From contig CATNEN010000038.1 of the NCBI GenBank assembly GCA_950097015.1, forward strand, positions 30,628,001 through 30,692,000: a stretch of DNA of 64,000 nucleotides, given 5' to 3'. The stretch is from Macrostomum hystrix (Eukaryota; Animalia; Platyhelminthes). The notes under the pieces are model-generated. The model worked only from the letters and a program-made list of their open reading frames with translations, was not told where the DNA came from and did no database searches. The position numbers were made by a program, and so were the translations under genes. This document shows positions 38,617-49,940 of this stretch, piece after piece (the stretch's first letter is position 1; each line of letters begins with the position of its first letter).

Positions 38617-40164
38617 ATGGCTTCCAGCCTACCAACTGCTCCGGCCGAGGACACCATGGTGCCCGAGGCCATACACGCTGCGGCGCCCGGGCTAGCTGGC
38701 CCCGCGACCGCCACAAATGCCGCGCTGCCCAACTCGCGCGATGACCGGGGCGCTAAGCGCTCCTCAACCTCTGGAGCGGCAAAGCGTCGTAGGCGCTTAA
38801 TGGCCCACGGCAAGCCGGCTCCATCGACCGAGGACCGGGCCCAGACCAGAGGGGCCGAAGGGGCTCTGCCTAGGGCGGGGGCTGGGGCGGAGGGCCTTGC
38901 GCCTCCTGCCCAGGCTCCTGCACGGGGCGGAGCCCACGACGCCCCGAGGCCAGGGCCGCGGGCCAAGGAGGTCCCGGCGCCCATCCGGACGGCGGCTCGG
39001 CCTGAAGGAGAAGCGGAGGCAGAGGGCCCTGTGCCCACCGCCGACGCTGATCCCGAGGGTGGGGTCGCCACCGGACAGGGCCCGGGACCACATGCCACCT
39101 ACGCCGCCATCGCACGTAGGCAACCTGCCGTTGTCATCACCGGCAGAGACGGAAAAAGGCTGAGCAGCGAACAGCTCAGCAACATTTGCCGCAACATAGA
39201 TGCTATGCTGTGGCAACTCCAACTGAAGGGCGAGCCCCTGGCGGTCGGCGCAAGCGCTACCAGGGAATCGTGCTTCGTCGTCTGGCCCGGCGACGCGGAA
39301 TCAGGGCGGCGGCTCCTTGAGTTGCTGCCCACGCAGAGCTGGGCGGCTGGCCTCGACTTCCTCCGGGAGAACGAGCCACCAAAGACCAAGCGACACCGCA
39401 TTTTCGTCCCGGCGAAAAGTGTCGTCACCAGCGCTGAGGACCTCCGCATGGGCCTCATCGCGATGAACCGGGAGCTGCCGACAGCGGGCCTGATCGTGCA
39501 CCGCACGATCCTGCGCCCCGATGGCACCGGGTTTACCGCCATTCTGGGCCTGTCCGAGCAATGGACACGCCGTTACCCAGATGGCGCCAACATCTGCATC
39601 GGTCTGTGGAAGACCAAAATCTTCGCCTTCGAGGCAGATAAATCTCGAGGTCAGACCGGGCCCACCACCGTACCGGCCACTGAAGGGTCCTCGGACCCCG
39701 AGGTTGGGACTGGGGGCAGGGCCCAGTCGTCTCGCCAAAAAAGGCCAGAGCGTGCCATCGCTGGCAGCTCTGAGCGTCGCCCCGCGCGCATCACAAAGCG
39801 CCGGGGCCTTCTCCAGCGGGCCTCCGAGGTGGTGCGAACCGCCAGGATGGCCCAGCTGCGCGCTGAGATGCGCGGTGGCCCACCGGGGCAGGCGCCGCAA
39901 CCAAGGGCTACGGGGGAGGCCTCTAAGGTGCCCAGCTCCATCGAGCAGGGCCCTTCGAGCGCCCCTCCCACGGCCCAGGGTGCGGTGTCGGCACCGGTTG
40001 AGGGTGACTCTGGGCCTGGGCTCAGGGCCGGGGGTGGGGGCTGGGCGGCTGACCCCGTCGAGTTCCCGCCTCTGGCTCGGGGCCGGGGCACGGAGGAGCC
40101 CATGGCTACCGACATCGACCCGGAGGAGGAGGACCGCCTTCTGGCTGAGTCCCCCTCCAAGTAG
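38617..40164 (+). CDS. Retrotransposon ORF1 (nucleic-acid-binding/chaperone protein, ~515 aa from first ATG)
   Basis: First ATG at 38617; basic SGAAKRRRRL and TYAAIAR motifs and a central globular region flanked by disordered arms, as I recall for LOA/Lian-type ORF1s; no CCHC knuckle visible. Confidence 0.8.
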   Translation: MASSLPTAPAEDTMVPEAIHAAAPGLAGPATATNAALPNSRDDRGAKRSSTSGAAKRRRRLMAHGKPAPSTEDRAQTRGAEGALPRAGAGAEGLAPPAQAPARGGAHDAPRPGPRAKEVPAPIRTAARPEGEAEAEGPVPTADADPEGGVATGQGPGPHATYAAIARRQPAVVITGRDGKRLSSEQLSNICRNIDAMLWQLQLKGEPLAVGASATRESCFVVWPGDAESGRRLLELLPTQSWAAGLDFLRENEPPKTKRHRIFVPAKSVVTSAEDLRMGLIAMNRELPTAGLIVHRTILRPDGTGFTAILGLSEQWTRRYPDGANICIGLWKTKIFAFEADKSRGQTGPTTVPATEGSSDPEVGTGGRAQSSRQKRPERAIAGSSERRPARITKRRGLLQRASEVVRTARMAQLRAEMRGGPPGQAPQPRATGEASKVPSSIEQGPSSAPPTAQGAVSAPVEGDSGPGLRAGGGGWAADPVEFPPLARGRGTEEPMATDIDPEEEDRLLAESPSK

Positions 40165-40176
40165 ACCTCTGCCTGC

Positions 40177-43100
40177 ATGATGATCCCCGGAATATCATGT
40201 CTGCAAGTTAACACCCAGCACTGCGTGGCAGCATCAGTCAATTTGATGCGCACGACAGAGCGCACGATGCCGGGCCTTGTACTTGTGCAGGAGCCCTGGT
40301 TATCAAAAAACAAGCCAAGTAACATTCCTGCTGGCTATGACTGCTTCTGCATGGCAGACTCTGTCCGCCCTAGATCACTGATCTATGCTGCAAAAGCCTT
40401 AAATGCGTGGATGAGACCCGATCTCTCTAACGGGGACATCTGCGTCATCCAATCTGCACACATTGTGCCCAACAAGTTGACCCTCGTGGCATCCGCCTAC
40501 CTGGCAGGCGACGCCCCCGTGGTCAGCGATACCCTAGTCGCCCTCTGTGATTTCGCCAGGGCACGAAATTTTGAGCTGCTCCTCGCGGGAGATGCAAACT
40601 CGCAACACACCCACTGGGGTAGCTCAAAAATCAATGACCGCGGCGAAGAGCTCCTGGCCTTCGTTAGCGGCACGCCTCTTAACTTCTGCAATGTGGGCAA
40701 CACGCCCACGTTCGACAATGGGCGGTGGGCTGAGGTGCTTGACGTCACCCTGGCCTCACCCGGCATCCTCCCAAGGGTGCTGGGGTGGGAGGTGTGGGAG
40801 ACCGAAAGCTCGCTCTCGGACCACCGCTTCATTCGCTTCAACATCGGTACCCCCGATAAGAAGCAAAAGCCTATCTGGAGGCGTAATGTCAGAAACACCG
40901 ACTGGCCCGTGTTCAGCCAAAAGCTGCATGAGGGCCTTCGGGATTCCGACCCCTCCATGGCCATGGCAACCACGCAGGACCTAGATGGAGTGGCTGCCCT
41001 GCTGGGCGGCGCCATCACAGAGGCCTACGAAATGGCTTGCCCGCTCAAAGCCTACAAAGGCAAAATATCGGCCCCCTGGTGGAACCCCGAGCTCGGAGTC
41101 CTGAGACGCCGAGCAAAGGCTCTCCAGAGGAGGCTGAAAATCTCGCACGACCCTGATGACAAAGAGGCCTATACTCGCGCCATCCATGAGTTTAAGGGCC
41201 GGGTCAGAAGGGCAAAAGCGGACAAGTGGCGGCAATACTGCGAAGGGCTTGAGGGCTCGCGGCCCACGGCCCGCGTGGTAAAGGCGCTCACCAACGACCG
41301 CTTCTCCAAGCTCTCATCGATCAAAAAGCCAGACGGCTCGATCACGGAGCGCCCGGAGGAAACGCTCGAGCTTATGCTAGGGCATTTCTTCCCGAGTGTA
41401 CCGGCGCACTTTGGCCCAGACGACCACTCACGTGGAGGTCAGGGCCTGGCTCAGTCACTCGTCACGAATGACCGCATCGTTCGCGCGGCAAAGTCATTCA
41501 ACCCTTTCAAAGCACCTGGGCCAGATGGTATTTATCCGGCCTTTTTGCATGAAGCGGTCAAAAATGGCCGCTTCCTCCATCTCCTCTGCAGACTTCTACG
41601 GGCCTGCATCGTGCTGGGCTACGTACCAGCGCTGTGGCACGAAGCCCGGGTCGTCTTCATCCCGAAGCCCGCCAAAGGCGACTATCGCTCGGTCAAGTCC
41701 TATCGCCCGATAAGTTTGACTTCCACCTGCCTCAAGCTCATGGAAAGACTGGTGCTTTGGCGCCTTCTTATTGTAGAGCTAGGGCGGGCCCCGCTCTCCC
41801 CAAACCAGCACGCCTTTCGGGCGGGCCGGTCCACGGAGAGCGCCCTCCACTGCATCGTGGAGACTCTCGAGAAGGCAGTGCTGGGCAGCGGTTTTGCCCT
41901 GGCTGTCTTCCTAGACATTGAGGGGGCCTTCGATAACGTTGTTTTCGAAGCTTTTGAGGAGGCCCTGGTCTCCAGGGCCACTCACCCCCACCTCGTTCGC
42001 TGGGTCATGTACATGATCCGGCATCGCCACGTGGTGGCCCACCTCGAAGGAAGGCTGCTCTCGGCACCTGTCCTAAAAGGAGGGCCCCAAGGCGGCGTCC
42101 TCACCCCACTGCTGTGGAATCTCGTCATGGATGAGCTGCTGAAAAGCACTCGTCCAGACCCAGTCCTGAAGGTGGGATATGCCGACGATGTGACCGCCAT
42201 CTGCGCGGGCCCCTCGGCGGAAACCACCAGAGACCTCATCCAGGGCTTTATCAACAGGGCGGTGCGCTGGGCGGACCAATGCGGGCTCCGACTCTCTGAG
42301 TCCAAGACCGTTGCGGTTATGTTTACCAGCAAACTGCTCTGGACCATTAAACCTCTGACTCTCTATGGCAAGAATATTGCCATGGAAAAGCAGGTCCGGT
42401 GCCTTGGTCTCGTGCTAGACCATAGGCTTAACTGGACCCCACACATCACCACAAAGGCCAAGAGGGCCCTGGCCATACTGGCGCAAGTCAGGCGTGCCGT
42501 GGGCACCACCTGGGGGCTAACCCCCAAGAACCTTTGGTGGATTTACACGGCGATCATTAGACCGTCCGTCGCTTACGCTGGCCTCATCTGGGCCAGCGCC
42601 ATGGGCATCCAGAAAAACCTGGAGGCGCTTTATAGGGTGCAGGGCAGAGCCTGTCGTATGACGCTGGGCGCCCCACCCTCCACTCCCTTCGAAGGCATGA
42701 ATGCTTTCCTCAACGCTACACCCATTGACATTTTCGTCAAGGGGGAAGCAGCAAAGTCCACCCGTCGTCTTCTTGATGCGGGTGTCTCCTTCCAGAATTC
42801 GCGAGCCTTCTCGAAGCGCTCCCTTCTGCCTCACTCTGACCTCTGCCTGAAAACTCTGGGCGAGTGCGGAGGGCTCACCATCCTTTCGGACGGGGCCCCG
42901 GCCACTTTACTCCGGAGCCACAGGTACAAAGTCAGCATCTCCCCTCGTAATGAGGGAAAGGACTGCTGGGATGACCCGGCAGTCCACTGTTACACTGACG
43001 GCTCTCTGATGAACGGTAAATCGGGATTCGGAGTGTGCGTCGCCTCGGGTGGTGAGGTCCTCTGGACCCACTCCCAATACTGTGGCAAGAGCTCTAGCGT

Positions 43101-43881
43101 TTTCCAAAACGAAGTGCTCGCCATCAGCTTTTGTGCGGCTTAGCTGCGCCAGAGGCAACTGGCTGGTCGGAGGATCTTTTTTCACTCCGACAGTCAAGCA
43201 GCCCTCAAGGCCCTCAGCCGCTGTACCTCTCGCTCCAGAACCACCTTGGACTGCAACACCCAGTTAAACGGGTTGGCGCAGTCTAACAAGGTGGAGCTGC
43301 TGTGGATCCCTGGGCATGCCGGGTTCACAGGGAATGAGATGGCGGACCAGCTTGCTAAGGCTGGAGCAGCCAGCTCCCTGATGGGCCCGGGCCCGGAGTC
43401 CCCGATCCCCATCTCAGTTGTCAACTCCAGCATCAACTGCTGGATGGAGACCCAGCACCGGAGGAGGTGGTCCAGCACCCTGAACTGTCGCCAGTCCAGG
43501 GCTGCGGTGCCAACCCCCTCTAGTAACCTGCGTAAGGCCTTACTCAGGCTTAACCGCAGAGACCTAAGAGCAGTCACTATGGCTCTTTCGGGACATGGCT
43601 GCTTCACCAGACACCGCTACCTTCAAGGCCACGTGCCTGAGGAAACGTGTCCCTTCTGCTGCTCCGGACGCGAAAATGCAGAGCATTTCATCTGCCACTG
43701 CCCGGCCTTCACCCGGGCCAGGCTAAAACATCTCGGGCCGGCACCGACTCTCGCCGAAGCCTGCTCGCCCGAGAACATCCCACAGCTCGCCCACTTCCTC
43801 CGGGATACCGGCCGAGCTGATTTCTTCCCAGCCTATGGCGAGGAAGATCGCGCGGCGGAATCGACCGACGGACCACCCTGA
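40177..43881 (+). CDS. Retrotransposon ORF2: AP endonuclease, reverse transcriptase, RNase H, C-terminal CCHC; interrupted by one in-frame TAG at 43141-43143
   Basis: APE: QVNTQH, VQEPW, GDANS, LDVT, SDH; RT: [37 protein letters not shown]; RNase H: YTDGS, VFQNE, [TAG] ...[25 protein letters not shown]; CPFC...H..CHC. The same frame continues past the stop to TGA at 43879-81. Confidence 0.93.
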
Positions 43882-44000
43882 GCGGCACCGCCTCGCTGGA
43901 GGCTGTCTGGCTGCCAGGGGTTAGCGATATGGGCGGCATCAGCCGCCTCCTCGCTGCGTCCGTCATGGAGGCTCCCTGCCGCTAAGTCAAGTCAAGTCAA

Positions 44001-44590
44001 GATAACACAGGGGAGAGATAACACAGGGGAGAGATAACACAGGGGAGAGATAACACAGGGGAGAGATAACACAGGGGAGAGATAACACTGGGGAGAGATA
44101 ACACAGGGGAGAGATAACACAGGGGAGAGATAACACAGGGGAGAGATAACACAGGGGAGAGATAACACAGGGGAGAGATAACACAGGGGAGAGATAACAC
44201 AGGGGAGAGATAACACAGGGGAGAGATAACACAGGGGAGAGATAACACAGGGGAGAGATAACACAGGGGAGAGATAACACAGGAGAGAGATAACACAGGG
44301 GAGAGATAACACAGGGGAGAGATAACACAGGGGAGAGATAACACAGGGGAGAGATAACACAGGGGAGAGATAACACAGGGGAGAGATAACACAGGGGAGA
44401 GATAACACAGGGGAGAGATAACACAGGGGAGAGATAACACAGGGGAGAGATAACACAGGGGAGAGATAACACAGGGGAGAGATAACACAGGGGAGAGATA
44501 ACACAGGGGAGAGATAACACAGGGGAGAGATAACACAGGGGAGAGATAACACAGGGGAGAGATAATATAGCGGAGAGATAATATAGCGGA
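44001..44590. repeat. 16-bp GATAACACAGGGGAGA array, right flank of the retrotransposon
   Basis: Seen directly; extremely homogeneous. Confidence 0.95.
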
Positions 44591-45101
44591 GACTAATAAC
44601 TAATAATTGAAGAAATTATTCAGTAGAGTGCTAGAGTAGAATTTTAAGGGGCCATGGAAGCCGACTAAAAGAGCTTTGTGGGCCGTGTCTGGCCCGCGGG
44701 GCAGGAGGTTTTGGACCCAGGCCTTTATAATTGCTAAACCCTAGCCAGATGCTTGATAATGAGGAGTCCTGGGTTCAGGTCAAATTCAACAGAACAGAAA
44801 TGCACCAAAGCCTATAGAGTCTATTAACAGTTTGTTTGTCTTCAATTCTACATTCAGCGGGCTCCCTGATATTGAAGGATGTCAGGCAGCTAGGTCGATA
44901 TTAAGTAAAATGTGAATTCTTTTTTAATCTTTATATTCGAACAATTATCGAAAATATTGTCCACAATTATACTTTTTTCAGAACATAGAAATTAGTGGCT
45001 GGAGTAAACAAAGACTTTTATAAATATACAGACCCTGAATATACAGACCCTAAATATACAGACCCTGAGTATACAGACCCTGAATATACAGACCCTGAAT
45101 A

Positions 45102-45148
<47 letters not shown>

Positions 45149-45839
45149 TCCTTTCTTTATCTATGAAAATAAGGAGGTAAAGTAGAAATTGAATTACTCT
45201 TGTTTAGCCTGGTTGCCATAGCAACATACTGCTGATGGAGACATTAGTTAAAAGAGAATGCATGGCCAATTCACAGCAATTCTCCTCATTTTGAGGATAC
45301 TCAATAAGATGCGGTCAGTTTCTTGCAAGCACCTGAGGATCGATCTCTCTCGGTAGTCCAGCTCAACTCTCTCCTCCTCTGTCAGTGTGTATGCGTGTGA
45401 GTTGTTTAAAAATTTGCTCATCGATCTTGAAGCTCAGTTGAGAGTGCTCAAGTTGCAGCTCAACGCGTTTGAGTCTATCCGCTTCTCCACTGCTCTTGTT
45501 GTGGTCACACCCGGGCAGACCCGTCTAGCCGAAATCTCATTTTTCTACCTGAACTCTCCTCTGCCGTGTCCTCAAGTTCGTTCGTTACCATGACAACGCT
45601 CATAAGGAAAAAGAAATGTAAGTTAAATTAAATTTCATATTTTCTTAAGAAGGCGCTAATCGATTAGCTGGTGTGATAATAAACCCATTGATTATTCAAG
45701 GGTAGGGGGTATTTTGCTTTCATTTTATTGGCGTGAAAATCAATTCAAAGTTGTGGCACTTTACTAAGGCCTTATATTCTGATGCGCTTAATTCGTTATC
45801 AACTTAGACAATAATCCTGCAGATGGACAAGATCGAGAT

Positions 45840-46918
45840 GGAGAGGGAGAGAGGCATAGGAGAGAGGCAGAGAAGGAGGGAGAGAGGGAGAGGGAGAGGG
45901 AGAGTGAGAGGGAGAGAGGGAGAGGGAGAGTGAGTGAGAGGGAGAGAGGGAGAGAGGGAGATAGGGAAAGGGAGAGTGAGAGGGAGAGAGGGAGAGAGGG
46001 AGATAGGGAAAGGGAGAGTGAGAGGGAGAGAGGGAGAGAGGGAGATAGGGAAAGGGAGAGTGAGAGGGAGAGAGGGAGATAGGGAAAGGGAGAGGGAGAG
46101 GGAGAGAGGGAGAGAGGGAGATAGGGAAAGGGAGAGGGAGAGGGAGAGGGAGAGGGAGAGGGAGAGGGAGAGGGAGAGAGGGAGATTTAGAGAGGGACTG
46201 TAGAAAGACAGGGAGCTGTACCTCTTTTAGTCAAGTTGGAAAATATTTTTTCTCTGGCTTGGCTAAACTTTTACATTGACGCAATAACAGAATAAATAAC
46301 CCAAAAGTATTTTTTGGATAGGGAAAGGGAGAGAGAGAGGGAGAGAGGGAGAGAGGGAGATAGGGAGAGGGAGAGAGGGAGAGAGGGAGAGGGAGATAGG
46401 GAAAGGGAGAGGGAGAGGGAGAGGGAGAGGGAGAGGGAGAGAGGGAGAGAGGGAGATAGGGAAAGGGAAAGGGAGAGGGAGAGGGAGAGGGAGAGGGAGA
46501 GGGAGAGAGGGAGAGAGGGAGATAGGGAAAGGGAAAGGGAGAGGGAGAGGGAGAGGGAGAGGGAGAGGGAGAGGGAAAGGGAGAGAGAGGGAGAGAGGGA
46601 GAGAGGGAGATAGGGAAAGGGAGAGGGAGAGGGAGAGGGAGAGGGAGAGGGAGAGAGGGAGAGAGGGAGATAGGGAAAGGGAGAGGGAGAGGGAGAGAGG
46701 GAGAGAGGGAGATAGGGAAAGGGAGAGGGAGAGGGAGAGGGAGAGGGAGAGGGAGAGGGAGAGGGAGAGGGAGAGGGAGAGAGGGAGATTTAGAGAGGGA
46801 CTGTAGAAAGACAGGGAGCTGTACCTCTTTTAGTCAAGTTGGAAAATATTTTTTCTCTGGCTTGGCTAAACTTTTACATAAACGCGATAACTGAATAAAT
46901 AATCCAAAAATATTTTTT
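45840..46918. repeat. GA-rich arrays with a ~600-bp-period local duplication including ~130 bp of unique sequence
   Basis: ATTTAGAGAGGGACTGTAGAAAG...CTTTTACAT at 46185 and 46788. Confidence 0.88.
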
Positions 46919-47504
46919 GCCAATTTTTAAGAATATTTTATTGTCACAAAAGGCCTCCTACAAACTAGTTTAAAATTAGTTTCGCATGCCAGACCTACAG
47001 GTGGTAGAATAAAGAAATGATGTTAAATAGCTAGTGAAAGGTGATTGAGAATGACTTGAGAAATAGTCCTAGAGCAGAAAATATGAAGCAATTTATTGCA
47101 ATGATTCTCTTAGTAGAGCACTGGGCCTCCGTAGAAATATGATGTGAGCATAGAGGAGTTGTGGCTCTGCAATAGTTGTGTAAGTGGGGTACTGGCTTGC
47201 CACTTAAGCTTGATTGACAGGATTTGACCCAGGTGGGAAATATAGGGGAGTCCTGAGCATATTAAATAGATGCTCATTATTTGTCCGGCAGGTGTTTGCA
47301 AGCTGTAGTTAGGCCTAAGCGAGGCCGAAGAAATATGATTTATTGCCTGCTCGTAACACTGAGCGAAACTCACACGAAGGTAACGAGGAAAGCAAAGAAT
47401 CGGTGAGAATGCCTTGATTAAAAATCTACTCGTGCTGCTCAAATAGAGAGCAAAAGTTTTCTTAAGAACGTTGGATTGGTATAATATCAAAATCATCAAA
47501 ACTA

Positions 47505-48650
47505 TGATACAGATTATCAATATTGTGATATAGATGATCAAGATTGTGATACAGATTATCAATATTGTGATATAGATGATGAAGATTGTGATACAGATTA
47601 TCAATATTGTGTAAAGATTATCAATATTGTGATACAGATTATCAATATTGTGATGCAGATTATCAAGATTGTGATACAGATTATCAAGATTGTGATATAG
47701 ATGATCAAGATTGTGATACAGATTATCAATATTGTGTAAAGATTATCAATATTGTGATACAGATTATCAAGATTGTGATGCAGATTATCAAGATTGTGAT
47801 ACAGATTATCAAGATTGTGATATAGATGATCAAGATTGTGATACAGATTATCAATATTGTGTAAATATTATCAATATTGTGATACAGATTATCAAGATTG
47901 TGATGCAGATTATCAAGATTGTGATACAGATTATCAAGATTGTGATATAGATGATCAAGATTGTGATACAGATTATCAATATTGTGTAAAGATTATCAAT
48001 ATTGTGATACAGATTATCAATATTGTGATACAGATTATCAATATTGTGATGCAGATTATCAAGATTGTGATACAGATTATCAAGATTGTGATATAGATGA
48101 TCAAGATTGTGATACAGATTATCAAGATTATGATGCAGATTATGAAGATTGTGATACAGATTATCAATATTGTGATATAGATAATTAATATTGTGATGCA
48201 GATTATCAATATTGTGATTTAGATGATTAAGATTGTGATACAGATTATCAATATTGTGATACAGATTATCAATATTGTGTAAAGATTATCAATATTGTGA
48301 TACAGATTATCAAGATTGTGATACAGATTATCAATATTGTGATACAGATTATCAATATTGTGATGCAGATTATGAAGATTGTGATGCAGATTATCAATAT
48401 TGTGATGCAGATTGTCAAGATTGTGATATAGATTATCAATATTGTGATACAGATGATCAATATTGTGATGCAGATTATGAAGATTGTGATGCAGATTATC
48501 AATATTGTGATATCGATTATCAATATTGTGATATAGATTATCAATATTGTGATACAGATTATCAATATTGTGATGCAGATTATCAATATTGTGATGCAGA
48601 TTGTCAAGATTGTGATATAGATTATCAAGATTGTGATAAATATGATCAAG
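47505..48650. repeat. 21-bp minisatellite ATTGTGATACAGATTATCAAK with 125-bp higher-order period
   Basis: GTGTAAA variant recurs at 125-bp spacing (~47609, 47734, 47859, 47984). Confidence 0.92.
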
Positions 48651-49379
48651 ATAGTGTTAAAGATAAGCGAAATCGGGATAAAGAGTGTTAATATTTTGTT
48701 AATGTTATCCATTGCGCGATAATTTTCCGTTATTCAAATATATAAAATTATGTAGTTTTTAGTTTCATTCAGAAAAATATCCTAAAGCCAGTTGTTTTGA
48801 AAAAATATTAATTGTTATGACAACATTTTTCCGTTGTCTCTCTAAATATGTTAATACAGTTTTGAGTAGCATTGCTTTTTTCGTCAAAAAATAGCCTACT
48901 CATAGACCCTGATATTACAGCTCATAAGTGGAACATAATCACCCACTTGTCTAAAGACAGGAATACTTATTTTCACAATGCTCGCATAGACAACACAACA
49001 ATCTAATCTTTTCAATGCGCAAACGAATAGAATTTTTTGAGTATCGTGTCTTTCCTGTCATTATATTGAGACTGATAGATAATATAGTTTTGAATTACAT
49101 TATTTCATATGCGCTCTGAGAATCTTCGATAAGTGGTTAAAGCATCGCATAAAATGATGCCTAGCTGCAATGATTATAATCATGTAATGTCATGTCATTA
49201 AATCTAAACTAACAATTTGAAAATTAACAATACAAATAGTTTGTTCTACCGCGTAGTCTAGACACTAATTTAGAAAGTTCATTTGATGTTACAGGACCAC
49301 AGATATGACATAGATTTCTTCTGAGTATTGTTAACATGCAATCGGTTATTAAAAGGAAGAAAAAAAAGTGAGAAGATAA

Positions 49380-49940
49380 GAGAGGAGAGAAAAGAAGAGG
49401 AGAGGAGAGGAGGGGAGAGGAGAGGAGAGGAGAGGAGAGGAGAGGAGAGGAGAGGGCAGGAGAGGAGAGGAGAGAGAGGAGAGGAGAGGAGAGGAGAGAG
49501 AGGAGAGGAGAGGAGAGGAGAGGAGAGGAGAGGAGAGGAGAGGGCAGGAGAGGAGAGGAGAGGAGAGAGAGGAGAGGAGAGGAGAGGAGAGGAGAGGAGA
49601 GGAGAGGAGAGGAGAGGGCAGGAGAGGAGAGGAGAGGAGAGGAGAGGAGAGGAGAGGAGAGGAGAGGAGAGGAGAGGAGAGGAGAGGAGAGGAGAGGGCA
49701 GGAGAGGAGAGGAGAGAGAGGAGAGGAGAGGAGAGGAGAGGAGAGAGAGGAGAGGAGAGGAGAGGAGAGGAGAGGAGAGGAGAGGAGAGGAGAGGAGAGG
49801 AGAGGAGAGGAGAGGAGAGGAGAGGAGAGGAGAGGAGAGGAGAGGAGAGGAGAGGAGAGGAGAGGAGAGGAGAGGAGAGGAGAGGAGAGGAGAGAAGAGG
49901 AGAGGAGAGAAGAGGAGAGGAGAGAAGAGGAGAGGAGAGA
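49380..49940. repeat. (GAGAG)n pentanucleotide microsatellite
   Basis: Seen directly; inverted (CTCTC)n copy at ~51030-51145. Confidence 0.95.

Larger units (their letters stand above)
37850..44000 (+). mobile_element. Full-length non-LTR retrotransposon, LOA-clade-like (APE-RT-RNase H-CCHC), antisense in the intron of the echinoid-like gene
   Basis: GC-rich block with ORF1, ORF2, ~100-nt 3'UTR and (AAGTC)3AA tail at 43984-44000; the same 16-bp array lies on both sides, with a register offset consistent with a 12-13 bp TSD ((A)GATAACACAGGG). Confidence 0.95.

Noticed and set aside
38613-43966. Overlapping antisense and alternate-frame ORFs within the retrotransposon
   Set aside because: Expected by-product of high-GC coding sequence; no recognisable motifs
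44648-44722. GGGCCGTGTCTGGCCCGCGGG resembling a hAT/Charlie subterminal motif
   Set aside because: Too short and degenerate; no partner TIR or TSD found
47110-47480. Possible decayed retroelement coding fragment (also 37063-37407)
   Set aside because: No identifiable motif; cannot be supported without a database search
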